A stretch of 57,305 nucleotides of DNA from a virus (Duplodnaviria > Caudoviricetes), in IMG/VR virus record IMGVR_UViG_3300025120_000059, positions 1 to 57,305 of that record, one strand, 5' to 3'. The translations under genes were made by a program, and so were the position numbers. Under the pieces are notes generated by a model. The model was not told the DNA's origin, made no database searches, and saw only the letters and a list, made by a program, of their open reading frames with translations. Positions 7,339 through 17,469 of this stretch are shown one piece after another (the stretch's first letter is position 1; each line of letters opens with the position of its first letter).

Positions 7339-10300
7339 GCGATTTAACAAGTCAACTAATATCAAATACATATAAACAGATTATACTTGTTAGTTCTTCA
7401 ACTAGCAATACTGGTGTAGATACTTCCCTGAAAGCAGTGCAGACAGGTGATGGTGTTAACACTGCTTTGAAGGTAGCTACTAATGCAGTACAGATCACTG
7501 GTGCGTTGGGTGTAGGTGGTGCTGTATCTCTGGATGGAAATCTTCATGTAGATGACAAAGTATGTGCCAGTGCTTTCTATGGTGATGGATCAAATCTTAG
7601 TGGTGTAACAGCAACGATTGCTGGTAACATATCAGTAAGTAATGCTACAGTGGGTGGCAATCTTTATGTAGGCGGTACTGCCACAGTTGCTGGTGCGGCA
7701 CACTTACAGTCAAGTCTGTCCGTTGCAGGGGCTGCTCAGTTTGCAAGCACGGTAACTGTAGTTGGTGCAGCACAATTTCAAAGCACTGTAACTGCTGTTG
7801 GTGCAGCTACTTTTAAATCTACAGTTACAGTAGAAAATGCAGCAGCCTTAAAAAATAATGTATCAGTTGGTGGTACATTTAATGTAGCTGGCGCTGCCGG
7901 ATTTACTTCCAAGTCTGACTTTAGCAATGATGTATCAGTCAGTGGTCGCCTTGATGTGAGAACATCTGCTTGTATTGGTGGAGTACTTGATGTTGAGGGT
8001 GTAGCTAACTTTGCAACCAATGTATCAGTAAGTGGTAATGTACATGTTGTTGGCAATGTAACCGCTGCTGCATTTTATGGTGATGGTTCTAATATTACAG
8101 GTGTTGCTGCTTCTATTGGTAATCTTCCAGATAATGTTTCTATTGCAGGTTTCCTTAATGTTGGTGAAACTCTTGGTATTACAGGTGGTGCAACTTTTTC
8201 CTCTACTGTCACAGTTGTTGGTGCAGGTACATTTAAAGATAGTGTAAGTGTAAGTGGTAATCTAGCTGTAGGAACTAATGTTTCTATTGCAGGAACTTTA
8301 AGCGTTGGTGGTGCTGTAGACTTTAACAGTACACTGGATATTGTAGGAAATACGTCTATCGGTGGTATGGGTATCATTAATGGACCAGCTAAATTTAATA
8401 ATACAGTTACTGCTCTTGGTGCCACGCATCTTCAAAGCACACTGTCTGTTGCAGGAGCAGCAACCTTTGCATCCACAGTAACAGTAGTTGGTATAGGTAC
8501 ATTTAAGGATGATGTCTCTGTAAGTGGTAATACTAATCTTGGTGGTACAGTAACAATAGCCGGAGCAGTAAGTCTTGCCTCTACTCTTAGTGTAGGTGGT
8601 GCAGCAAACTTTGCAAGTACAGTAACCATTGCTGGCACAAATATTCAAGCTGCTAATGCAAGAGTATGTGCCAGTGCGTATTATGGTGATGGTTCTAATC
8701 TTACAAATGTAGGAATTAGTGGGAATGTTTCTGTAAACAATGCTACAGTAGGTGGTAACTTATTTGTAGGTGGCACAGTTACTGTAGCTGGTGTTGCTAT
8801 ATTTGAAGATGCTGTCTCTATATCAGGTGCGGTAAATATTGCAGGTAATACTTCTGTAGGTGGTACATTAATAACTACAGGTAAAGCTGAATTTAAAGAT
8901 GATGTGTCTGTATCAGGCAACACTGTATTTGGTGGCACACTAAGAGTTGCAGGGGCAACGTCACTAGAAGGTGCCGTTGATCTTAATAGTACGCTTACTG
9001 TGGCAGGAGCAGTATCACTTGCTTCGACTCTAAGTGTAGGTGGAGCAGCAAACTTTGCCAGCACAGTTACAGTAGTAGGTGCTGCTCATCTCCAAAGTAC
9101 AGCATCTATAGCAGGTGCAGCAGTATTTGGCAGTACTGTAACTGTAGTAGGTGCTGGTACGTTTAAGAGTAATGTCTCTGTAAGTGGCGATCTTGATATA
9201 GCTGGTAATGTATCAGTAGCTGGTACACTGTTTGCTGCTGGAGGAATAACTTACGATGGAGATGTTTCTGTTAGTGGTAATTTAGCTGTTGGTGGCAATA
9301 CATCAATAGGTGGCACTCTTAGTGTTACAGGCGCAGTGTCACTAGCATCAACACTATCAGTTGGCGGTGTTACTAATTTTCTTAGCACAGTAACAGTTGC
9401 AGGTAATACAAGACTTGGAGCAATAGTTACTGTTGTAGGAGCGGCACATCTTCAGAGTACAGTATCAGTAGGAGGTGCTGCAAACTTTGCTAGTACAGTT
9501 ACGGTAGTCGGCGCAGCACATCTTCAAAGCACAGCCTCAATAGCAGGTAATACTGTAGTTGGGGGAACTTTACGAGTTGCTGGAGCAACTTCATTGGAGG
9601 GTGCTGTTGATCTTAACAGTACGCTTACTGTTGCTGGTGCAGTGTCACTTGCTTCTACTCTCTCAGTAGGAGGTGCTGCAAACTTTCTTAGCACAGTTAC
9701 TATTACTGGTACAAATGTACAAGCTGTTAATGCAAGAGTATGTGCAAGTGCATACTATGGAGACGGCTCAAACCTTACTGGAATTATTACATCAGTAGAA
9801 GGTAACTTATCTGTAACTAATCTTTTGGTTGGTGGTACTGTAACGGTTGTTGGTGCAGGTACTTTTAAAGATAGTGTTTCTGTGTCTGGCAATATAAATG
9901 TTGGAGGTACTGTCACAGTTGCTGGAGCAGTATCACTAGCCTCTTCATTATCAGTAGGAGGTGCTGCAAACTTTGCATCTACAGTTACAGTAGTTGGTGC
10001 AGCACACCTTCAAAGTACAGCTTCAATAGCAGGTAATACTGTAGTTGGAGGCACACTCAGAGTTGCTGGAGCAACTTCATTGGAGGGTGCTGTTGATCTT
10101 AACAGTACGCTTACTGTTGCTGGTGCAGTATCACTTGCTTCGACTCTAAGTGTAGGTGGAGCAGCAAACTTTGCATCTACTGTAACAGTAGTCGATGCTG
10201 CACATCTTCAGAGTACAGTATCAGTAGGTGGAGCAGCAGTATTTGCCAGTACTGTTACAGTAGTTGGTGCTGCTCATCTCCAAAGTACAGCTTCAATAGC

Positions 10301-12680
10301 AGGTAATACTATAGTTGGAGGTACACTAAGAGTTGCTGGAGCAACATCACTAGAGGGTGCAGTTGATCTTAATAGCACACTTACTGTTGCTGGTGCAGTG
10401 TCACTTGCTTCTACACTAAGCGTAGGTGGAGCAGCAAACTTTGCTAGTACTGTTACAGTAGTTGGTGATGGTACGTTTAAAAGTAATGTTTCTGTTTCAG
10501 GAAATCTAACAGCAACTGGAACGGCTGTTAAATTTATTAATGCTGCTGTATGTGCATCTGCATACTATGGTGATGGTAGTAATATTACAGGTATAGATGC
10601 AGACGTAGGTGGAAATATTTCTGTTAGTAATGTTCTAGCTGGAGGTACGCTCAGAGTTGTGGGAGCAACTTCTCTTGAGGGTGCAGTTGATCTTAACAGT
10701 ACACTTACTGTGGCAGGAGCAGTATCACTTGCTTCTACTCTTTCAGTAGGTGGTGCAGCAAACTTTGCATCTACAGTTACAGTAGTTGGTGCAGCACACC
10801 TTCAAAGTACAGCTTCAATAGCAGGTAATACTGTAGTTGGAGGTACACTAAGAGTTGCTGGAGCAACATCACTAGAGGGTGCAGTTGATCTTAATAGCAC
10901 ACTTACTGTTGCTGGTGCAGTATCACTTGCTTCTACTCTTTCAGTAGGTGGTGCAGCAAACTTTCTAAGTACTGTTACTATTACTGGTACAAATGTACAA
11001 GCTGTTAATGCAAGAGTATGTGCCAGTGCTTACTATGGAGATGGTTCTAATTTAACAGGTATTTCAGCAGATATAAGTGGAAATATTTCTGTTAACAATG
11101 CTACAATAGGTGGTACTTTATTTGTAGGCGGTACTGCCACAGTTGCTGGTGCAGCACATCTTCAAAGTACAGTATCAGTAGGTGGAGCAGCAGTATTTGG
11201 TAGTACAGTTACAGTAGTTGGTGCAGCACACCTTCAAAGTACAGCTTCAATAGCAGGTAATACTGTAGTTGGAGGTACACTAAGAGTTGCTGGAGCAACT
11301 TCATTGGAGGGTGCTGTTGATCTTAATAGCACACTTACTGTGGCAGGAGCAGTGTCACTTGCTTCGACTCTTTCAGTAGGTGGAGCAGCAAACTTTGCAT
11401 CTACAGTTACAGTAGTTGGAGCAGCACATCTTCAAAGTACAGTCTCAGTAAATGGCAATGCTATACTTGGAGGTACACTTAGAGTTGCTGGAGCAACGTC
11501 ACTAGAGGGTGCTGTTGATCTTAATAGTACACTTAGTGTGGCAGGTGCAACACATCTTCAAAGCACAGTCTCAGTAAATGGTGCAGCAGTATTTGGAAGT
11601 ACCGTAACAGTAGTTGGTGCCGTACACCTTCAAAGTACAGCCTCAATAGCAGGTAACACTGTAGTTGGAGGAACGCTAAGAGTTGTAGGAGCAACATCAC
11701 TAGAGGGTGCGGTTGATCTTAACAGTACGCTTACTGTGGCTGGTGCTGTATCTTTAGCATCAACTCTTAGTGTAGGTGGAGCAACCAATCTAGCAAGCAC
11801 TGTTACTGTAGTAGGCGCTGGTACATTTAAAGATGACGTATCAGTAAGCGGTAACACTGTACTAGGTGGTACGCTTAGAGTTGCTGGAGCAACATCACTA
11901 GAGGGTGCTGTTGATCTTAACAGTACACTTACCGTTGCAGGAGCGGTTTCTCTAGCCTCGACTCTTAGCGTTGGAGGAGCAACTAATCTTCTTAGCACTG
12001 TTACTGCTACAGGTAATGCTGGATTCTTAGGCACAGTACGAGTAAGCGGTGCTACAAGTCTTGAAGCTGGTTTGGTTGTTGGTGGTAAGGCAGAGTTTGA
12101 TAGTGATGTATGTGTATCAGGAAATACTCAGTTAGTTGGTACACTTAAAGTAACAGGTGCTACTACTATTACAGGTAACTCAGGCTTCTTGGGAACTGTT
12201 AGAGTATCTGGTGCTACTTCTTTGGAAGGTACTACACACATTACAGGCACAGCTACGATTACAGGTAACTCTGGTTTTCTTGGAACTATACGAGTATCTG
12301 GTAATACTTCTCTGGAAGGACAACTACAGCTAACTGAGTCAGCGGCTGCTGCTGTACATACCACTGCAATTAATGGTGTGACGTCTGTGTCTCTTAACTT
12401 CGGTATAGCACAGAACTTCTTTACCTCTGTTACTGCCGCACATACACTGGCACGTCCTACCAATGCAAGAGTAGGACAGGTTGGTAGTATTCTTCTTATG
12501 CAGGATGGTGGCTCTGGTACGGTTGCTTATAATGCTTGTTGGAACTTTATTGGTGGTACAGCCCCAACATTCTCAACTGCTGATAATGCAATGGATAGAT
12601 TAGATTATATTGTTGTATCTATTTCCACTGATAACACTGCTGAAAATATTCAAGCAGTAATGACACAAGCTTATAGTTAG
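7335..12680 (+). CDS. Giant repetitive tail fibre (beta-solenoid, ~1781 aa)
   Basis: G/A/V/S/T-rich 6/12-residue periodicity, six YGDGSN linkers, C-terminal QDG..G...W.F.GG.APT.ST...D domain typical of marine phage fibres. Confidence 0.8.
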   Translation: MSDLTSQLISNTYKQIILVSSSTSNTGVDTSLKAVQTGDGVNTALKVATNAVQITGALGVGGAVSLDGNLHVDDKVCASAFYGDGSNLSGVTATIAGNISVSNATVGGNLYVGGTATVAGAAHLQSSLSVAGAAQFASTVTVVGAAQFQSTVTAVGAATFKSTVTVENAAALKNNVSVGGTFNVAGAAGFTSKSDFSNDVSVSGRLDVRTSACIGGVLDVEGVANFATNVSVSGNVHVVGNVTAAAFYGDGSNITGVAASIGNLPDNVSIAGFLNVGETLGITGGATFSSTVTVVGAGTFKDSVSVSGNLAVGTNVSIAGTLSVGGAVDFNSTLDIVGNTSIGGMGIINGPAKFNNTVTALGATHLQSTLSVAGAATFASTVTVVGIGTFKDDVSVSGNTNLGGTVTIAGAVSLASTLSVGGAANFASTVTIAGTNIQAANARVCASAYYGDGSNLTNVGISGNVSVNNATVGGNLFVGGTVTVAGVAIFEDAVSISGAVNIAGNTSVGGTLITTGKAEFKDDVSVSGNTVFGGTLRVAGATSLEGAVDLNSTLTVAGAVSLASTLSVGGAANFASTVTVVGAAHLQSTASIAGAAVFGSTVTVVGAGTFKSNVSVSGDLDIAGNVSVAGTLFAAGGITYDGDVSVSGNLAVGGNTSIGGTLSVTGAVSLASTLSVGGVTNFLSTVTVAGNTRLGAIVTVVGAAHLQSTVSVGGAANFASTVTVVGAAHLQSTASIAGNTVVGGTLRVAGATSLEGAVDLNSTLTVAGAVSLASTLSVGGAANFLSTVTITGTNVQAVNARVCASAYYGDGSNLTGIITSVEGNLSVTNLLVGGTVTVVGAGTFKDSVSVSGNINVGGTVTVAGAVSLASSLSVGGAANFASTVTVVGAAHLQSTASIAGNTVVGGTLRVAGATSLEGAVDLNSTLTVAGAVSLASTLSVGGAANFASTVTVVDAAHLQSTVSVGGAAVFASTVTVVGAAHLQSTASIAGNTIVGGTLRVAGATSLEGAVDLNSTLTVAGAVSLASTLSVGGAANFASTVTVVGDGTFKSNVSVSGNLTATGTAVKFINAAVCASAYYGDGSNITGIDADVGGNISVSNVLAGGTLRVVGATSLEGAVDLNSTLTVAGAVSLASTLSVGGAANFASTVTVVGAAHLQSTASIAGNTVVGGTLRVAGATSLEGAVDLNSTLTVAGAVSLASTLSVGGAANFLSTVTITGTNVQAVNARVCASAYYGDGSNLTGISADISGNISVNNATIGGTLFVGGTATVAGAAHLQSTVSVGGAAVFGSTVTVVGAAHLQSTASIAGNTVVGGTLRVAGATSLEGAVDLNSTLTVAGAVSLASTLSVGGAANFASTVTVVGAAHLQSTVSVNGNAILGGTLRVAGATSLEGAVDLNSTLSVAGATHLQSTVSVNGAAVFGSTVTVVGAVHLQSTASIAGNTVVGGTLRVVGATSLEGAVDLNSTLTVAGAVSLASTLSVGGATNLASTVTVVGAGTFKDDVSVSGNTVLGGTLRVAGATSLEGAVDLNSTLTVAGAVSLASTLSVGGATNLLSTVTATGNAGFLGTVRVSGATSLEAGLVVGGKAEFDSDVCVSGNTQLVGTLKVTGATTITGNSGFLGTVRVSGATSLEGTTHITGTATITGNSGFLGTIRVSGNTSLEGQLQLTESAAAAVHTTAINGVTSVSLNFGIAQNFFTSVTAAHTLARPTNARVGQVGSILLMQDGGSGTVAYNACWNFIGGTAPTFSTADNAMDRLDYIVVSISTDNTAENIQAVMTQAYS
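8920..11995 (+). repeat. Long internal coding repeats in the fibre gene
   Basis: About 10 copies of GTLRV(A/V)GATSLEGAVDLNSTL with near-identical DNA, e.g. cttcaaagtacagcttcaatagcaggtaatactgtagttggagg recurring near 10008, 10800 and 11232. Confidence 0.9.
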
Positions 12681-12691
12681 GATTAATAAGA

Positions 12692-15085
12692 ATGGTATTT
12701 AGTAATAATCTTTTAATGGGTGCTGCTGGTCAAGCAACAGGATATGAGATTGATCAGAGCATTCGTTTTAACGACAACGATTCTGCTCATCTAGCAAGAG
12801 ACGGTTTTGGTCAAAGCCCGACATCTTCAACAGTTTGCACCATTAGCGTTTGGGTTAAACGTGGTAATAATTTTGGATCAAACTCCGTAATTATTTATGG
12901 TGGCGATCCAAGTGGTTCAACAGCAGAATCATTACGTTTTGGTACGGGCAATCAACTTCAGTTTAGTCAAGCGTCCAGTGATTATGATTTAAAGACAACC
13001 CAACTTTTTAGAGATGTCGGGGCGTGGTATCACATAGTTGCTGTCCTTAATACCGGCGCTGCTGAAAGCAGTAGAGCCGCACTATATGTTAATGGCTCTC
13101 AAGTCACGGCTTTTGCTACAGAGAATTATCCCGGTTCTAGTTATTCAACAAACTTTACTGCTAACAGTAGTTCTGTTGAGCATGTAATAGGATCAAACGC
13201 CTCTGGGGGTGGTGCGTCTCAGTTTTTTGATGGTTATATAGCCGAGTTTAATTTTATAGATGGTCAAGCCTTAACTCCTGCCAGCTTTGGTGAAACCAAC
13301 GCCGATGGTGTATGGGTGCCAAAAGCTTACTCAGGAAGCTATGGAAATAATGGTTTTTTTATAGATGGCCGGGATAGCTCTGATCTTGGAGACGATGAGT
13401 CAGGCAACGGAAACGATCTTACCTCCAGTGGACTAACCACCGCAGATCAGATGGGCGATACGCCGACTAACAATTTCTGGACATTAAACCCAACTGATCG
13501 TCATGCCTCTAATGTAACCATTCTTGATGGCAACTTGAGGGCTGATTGTACGTCATCAGCAGAGGGAAGCGTGTTTGCGCCAATGCTTCCCGAAACTGGC
13601 AAGTGGGCATGGAAAATTACAGCTACATTAAACATGGGCAGTGGTGCTGAGTATCCTGTTCTTGGGATTGTTCCTTCAAATAACGCAGATTTACGTAGCC
13701 CGATGCGTTCCGGTGGCACAGGAGAAGGCTATGGTGCAGATGGACGTTTCTTTTCTGCGTCAGCAGGTAGCAACTCTTCTTATGGGGCAGCTTGGGCAGA
13801 TGGTGATGTAATTGAAGTTGGTTGGGATGCTGATAATGGTGCGTTAAGTTTTTGGCATGAGGGTTCAGCACAAGGTGTTGCTGTAACAGGATTAACAGGA
13901 CGGTGGAAGCCAGCGCAAGATCACTATTCAACTGCTGGCGGTGATACTTTGTCAGATTTTGGTCAAAGCGGATACACACCTACTGATAGCTCTTACAAAA
14001 CTCTCTGCACCGCCAACCTTCCCACACCAACAGTCGCAGATGGGTCAAAGTATTTTCAGACTACGCTGTACACCGGCAATGGAACAGCTATTGGCTCCGG
14101 TGGTCTTGAAGTAAATCAATCTGGAAACAGTACATTTCAGCCTGACTTTGCTTGGATTAAAAACAGAACAAGTGCTGGAAATGAACATGATCTTTACGAT
14201 GCTGTAAGGGGTGTTACAAAAGTACTCTTTTCTTCTACTACTCAAGCGGAGGCAACCGTTTCAGAGGGTCTAACCAGTTTTGACACAGATGGGTTTACTG
14301 TCGGAAACAGAGGCGAGGTAAATACCAGCGGCAACTCTATGGTCGGATGGCAATGGTTAGCCAACGGCTCCGGCAGCGGCAACACTGATGGCAGCATCAA
14401 CACAACTGCGACATCCGTTAATACCACGGCTGGGTTTAGTATTATAGAATGGTCCGGCACAGGGGCGAACGGCACTATCGGACATGGGTTAGGTATCCAG
14501 CCCTCGCTCTACATTGTGAAAAATACTGCTACAACAAATAGCTGGATGGTGGGCAGTACGCTCTACCCCAATACAAAATTCCTTAACCTAAATTCTTCTG
14601 ATGCTCTTGATACAGCAGCGGCTGTCTGGAACAGCGCATATCCAACTAGCAGTGTAATTAATCTGGGCAGCAATGTTGCCAGCAATGGTAGCGGCACGAA
14701 CAACATGATCTGTTATGCATTCGCAGAAATTCCCAACTATAGTTCTATCGGAAGTTACACCGGCAATGGATCGACAGATGGTCCTTTTGTTTACACGGGT
14801 TTCAAACCTGCTTTTATTATCTTTAAGGTAACTTCCAATGCTCCTACTGGTTGGGTAATGTTGGATAACCAACGAGATACCTATAACGCTGTAAATCATG
14901 TATTACAGCCTAATGAAAATTCTGCTGAAAGCAGTGGCTCAGATAACTGGGACATTCTTTCAAATGGATTCAAAGTGAGAACGACTTGGGGTGCTGTCAA
15001 CGGTTCTGGGTATACAGTGACATACATAGCCTTTGCAGAACACCCATTCGGCGGTGACGGCGTTGCACCAGCTACAGCAAGATAA
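12692..15085 (+). CDS. Receptor-binding / adhesin protein with LamG (ConA-like) and SPRY-like domains
   Basis: YEIDQSIRFND, TISVWVKR, WYHIVAV, FDGYIAEF, FQTTLYTGNG, FQPDFAWIKNR, YIAFAEHPF motifs. Confidence 0.8.
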   Translation: MVFSNNLLMGAAGQATGYEIDQSIRFNDNDSAHLARDGFGQSPTSSTVCTISVWVKRGNNFGSNSVIIYGGDPSGSTAESLRFGTGNQLQFSQASSDYDLKTTQLFRDVGAWYHIVAVLNTGAAESSRAALYVNGSQVTAFATENYPGSSYSTNFTANSSSVEHVIGSNASGGGASQFFDGYIAEFNFIDGQALTPASFGETNADGVWVPKAYSGSYGNNGFFIDGRDSSDLGDDESGNGNDLTSSGLTTADQMGDTPTNNFWTLNPTDRHASNVTILDGNLRADCTSSAEGSVFAPMLPETGKWAWKITATLNMGSGAEYPVLGIVPSNNADLRSPMRSGGTGEGYGADGRFFSASAGSNSSYGAAWADGDVIEVGWDADNGALSFWHEGSAQGVAVTGLTGRWKPAQDHYSTAGGDTLSDFGQSGYTPTDSSYKTLCTANLPTPTVADGSKYFQTTLYTGNGTAIGSGGLEVNQSGNSTFQPDFAWIKNRTSAGNEHDLYDAVRGVTKVLFSSTTQAEATVSEGLTSFDTDGFTVGNRGEVNTSGNSMVGWQWLANGSGSGNTDGSINTTATSVNTTAGFSIIEWSGTGANGTIGHGLGIQPSLYIVKNTATTNSWMVGSTLYPNTKFLNLNSSDALDTAAAVWNSAYPTSSVINLGSNVASNGSGTNNMICYAFAEIPNYSSIGSYTGNGSTDGPFVYTGFKPAFIIFKVTSNAPTGWVMLDNQRDTYNAVNHVLQPNENSAESSGSDNWDILSNGFKVRTTWGAVNGSGYTVTYIAFAEHPFGGDGVAPATAR

Positions 15086-15100
15086 TAGGAGAAGAAAGTA

Positions 15101-15673
15101 ATGTGGAAACATAATGGCAGAACGATTACAGTAGGTAGAGCATGGACCGCTGACAATGGTGTTCAGAATCCTGCTAACTGGCATATCTGGTCTGCCTCAG
15201 AAAAAGTAGCTGCTGGTGTTGTTGAGATAGTAGAAGAAACTCCACCTGATAGTAGACTATATCATTGGGGACAAAACTCTGATGGTACTATTACATCTAC
15301 TGCTAAAGCTATTGAAGATGTTAATGAAGTAGATGAAGATGGTAATGCCCTATTAGATGAAGATGGAAATCAAGTTGTTACTCTTGGTGTTAAGTCTAAT
15401 CTAATTCAAGAAGTTAAGGTACAACAAGCATCTCTTCTTTCACAGAGTGATTGGGCAGTTGTTCGTTATATAGATACAACTGTAGCAGTACCATCTAATA
15501 TACAAACATGGCGCAATGCAATTAGGAGTAAAGCAACAGAGATGGAAACAGCTATAACCAATGCTGCTAATACAGATGCTATTGCTGGACTATTTTTAAC
15601 ATATACAACAGAAGATGATGGTAGTATTACAAAGTCAGGTATACTCTATGATTGGCCTGAGTTAGTAGAGTAA
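15101..15673 (+). CDS. Tail fibre assembly chaperone-like protein
   Basis: LLSQSDWAVVR...WRNAIR...DWP motif; follows adhesin. Confidence 0.65.
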   Translation: MWKHNGRTITVGRAWTADNGVQNPANWHIWSASEKVAAGVVEIVEETPPDSRLYHWGQNSDGTITSTAKAIEDVNEVDEDGNALLDEDGNQVVTLGVKSNLIQEVKVQQASLLSQSDWAVVRYIDTTVAVPSNIQTWRNAIRSKATEMETAITNAANTDAIAGLFLTYTTEDDGSITKSGILYDWPELVE

Positions 15674-15873
15674 TGTTTTATTATATCTCAGTAATTATAA
15701 TAACAATGTTACCTACAGGTGAACCTATTAAAGAACATTCTGTAACAGGACCATTTCCTGATATAGTAAACTGCATGAACTATGCAAATGTTATTAATCA
15801 AATAACAATAGAAGCAAACACAAAAATTTTACGATCAGAGTGTAAAGAAAAAGCTAAAAGAAAGGCAGTATAA
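15673..15873 (+). CDS. Hypothetical protein
   Basis: 66 aa, TAATG coupling on both sides, two Cys. Confidence 0.55.
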   Translation: MFYYISVIIITMLPTGEPIKEHSVTGPFPDIVNCMNYANVINQITIEANTKILRSECKEKAKRKAV

Positions 15874-17441
15874 TGGCAAGTACATATACAACAAATCTTC
15901 GCCTAACAAAACAAGGGGATGGAGAAAATCCAAACAGTTGGGGAGCTATTCTCAATGATGGAGTTATCAGTCTTGTTGATGATGCCATTGCTGGATATAC
16001 TACAGTATCAATTGGGAGTGCTGCAACTGTAACCTTGACTAATGTTCAGGGTGCTGGTGATCAGGCTCGTTCTGCTATTCTTGAATTTAAAGGAACAGTT
16101 GGTGGGACGCACAATGATATAGTAGTTCTTATCCCTAATAATTCTAAATCTTATATTGTTAGAAACTCTGTATCATATAATGACGCAACAGATTCAGTGG
16201 TAATGAGAGTAGCTGGTCATACTGGAGTTACAGTTAATTCAGCCGAGACTGCTTTATATGTAACTAATGGAACAACAGTATATCCTGTAAAAAGTAATAC
16301 CTTTACAAATCTAGTAGCTACAACTATTACAGCAGGAACTGTAAATACAAGCACTCTTAATGTTTCTACGTCTGCTCTTTTTGTTGATAATGCTAAGTTA
16401 AATATTGGAACTGGAAGTGATCTTCAAATTTATCACGATGCTTCTAATAGCTATATACAAGAAGCAGGAACAGGTAACTTAATTGTTGGATCAAATATCT
16501 TTGCTGTTAAAAATGCCGCTGTTAATGAAACTATACTTACTGGTACTGAAAATGGTGCAGTTGAACTATACTTTGATAATGCTAAAAAATTAGTAACAAC
16601 TACTGTTGGTGTTTCTATTACAGGAAATATGGTAGCAACTACTTTGTTTGGAGATGGTAGTAATCTAACAGGGCTTACAACAGGATTACCAATAAACTAT
16701 TTAGGTGGTCTTACACTTTCTAATAATAGTACTGATTCAGCACATGATATTGATATAGCTGCTGGTGCTGCCAGAGACAATGCAAATGGTACTGATTTAA
16801 CATTGTCTTCTGCTATGACTAAACAAATAGATGCAACATGGGCATCTGGAGATGGTAATGGCGGTATGGCAGATGGTGTATCTTTATCAACAAATACTTG
16901 GTATCATGTTTTTGTAGTTGCAACCGATGCTGGAGGAGTTGATGCTGGTTTTGATACGGCTGTAAATGCATCTAATCTTGTAGGAACGTCAGGAGTAGCT
17001 TCTGCATTTCGACGTATAGGTTCTGTTCTTACTGATGGTAGTAGTAATATTATTTCATTCATTCAGTTTGGTGATGAGTTTATATGGAGTACACAAATTA
17101 ATAATGTTAATGGTAGTGGTCTGGGAACAAGCAGAGTTTTGCAAACAGTAACTAGTCCTTTAGGCGTACAATGCCGAGCAATTCTAGGACTTGTAGGAGT
17201 AGTTGCAGGTTCAAACTCTCAGGTTGTAATAACACTTACAAATCCTGATGTTGATGACGCTACTCCTGCCAATAGTAATGCAAATAACGCTGGTGAAAAT
17301 AGTTCTGATGCAAATGGTACATGGGCTGCTGGCACTCATATTGTTCTAACTAATACTTCAAGTCAGGTTGCCTTTAGACAAAGCTTTAATAGTACAGTAT
17401 ATATTAATACTAATGGTTACTATGATAGTCGTGGTAAGTAA
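15873..17441 (+). CDS. Tail fibre / tail spike protein
   Basis: MASTYTTNLRL..GEN..SWG N-terminal anchor; IGTGSDLQIYHD, VELYFDNAKK, FGDGSNLTG fibre motifs. Confidence 0.75.
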   Translation: MASTYTTNLRLTKQGDGENPNSWGAILNDGVISLVDDAIAGYTTVSIGSAATVTLTNVQGAGDQARSAILEFKGTVGGTHNDIVVLIPNNSKSYIVRNSVSYNDATDSVVMRVAGHTGVTVNSAETALYVTNGTTVYPVKSNTFTNLVATTITAGTVNTSTLNVSTSALFVDNAKLNIGTGSDLQIYHDASNSYIQEAGTGNLIVGSNIFAVKNAAVNETILTGTENGAVELYFDNAKKLVTTTVGVSITGNMVATTLFGDGSNLTGLTTGLPINYLGGLTLSNNSTDSAHDIDIAAGAARDNANGTDLTLSSAMTKQIDATWASGDGNGGMADGVSLSTNTWYHVFVVATDAGGVDAGFDTAVNASNLVGTSGVASAFRRIGSVLTDGSSNIISFIQFGDEFIWSTQINNVNGSGLGTSRVLQTVTSPLGVQCRAILGLVGVVAGSNSQVVITLTNPDVDDATPANSNANNAGENSSDANGTWAAGTHIVLTNTSSQVAFRQSFNSTVYINTNGYYDSRGK

Positions 17442-17469
17442 TATAAAGTCATAACTAGGATAGAATAGA

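Noticed and set aside
7778-12463. Several antisense ORFs within the fibre gene
   Set aside because: Shadow frames of repetitive G/A/V/S/T codons; no RBS, Pro/Thr-biased translations
7335-17441. Diversity-generating retroelement acting on fibre repeats
   Set aside because: No reverse transcriptase; repeat differences are synonymous and not adenine-specific
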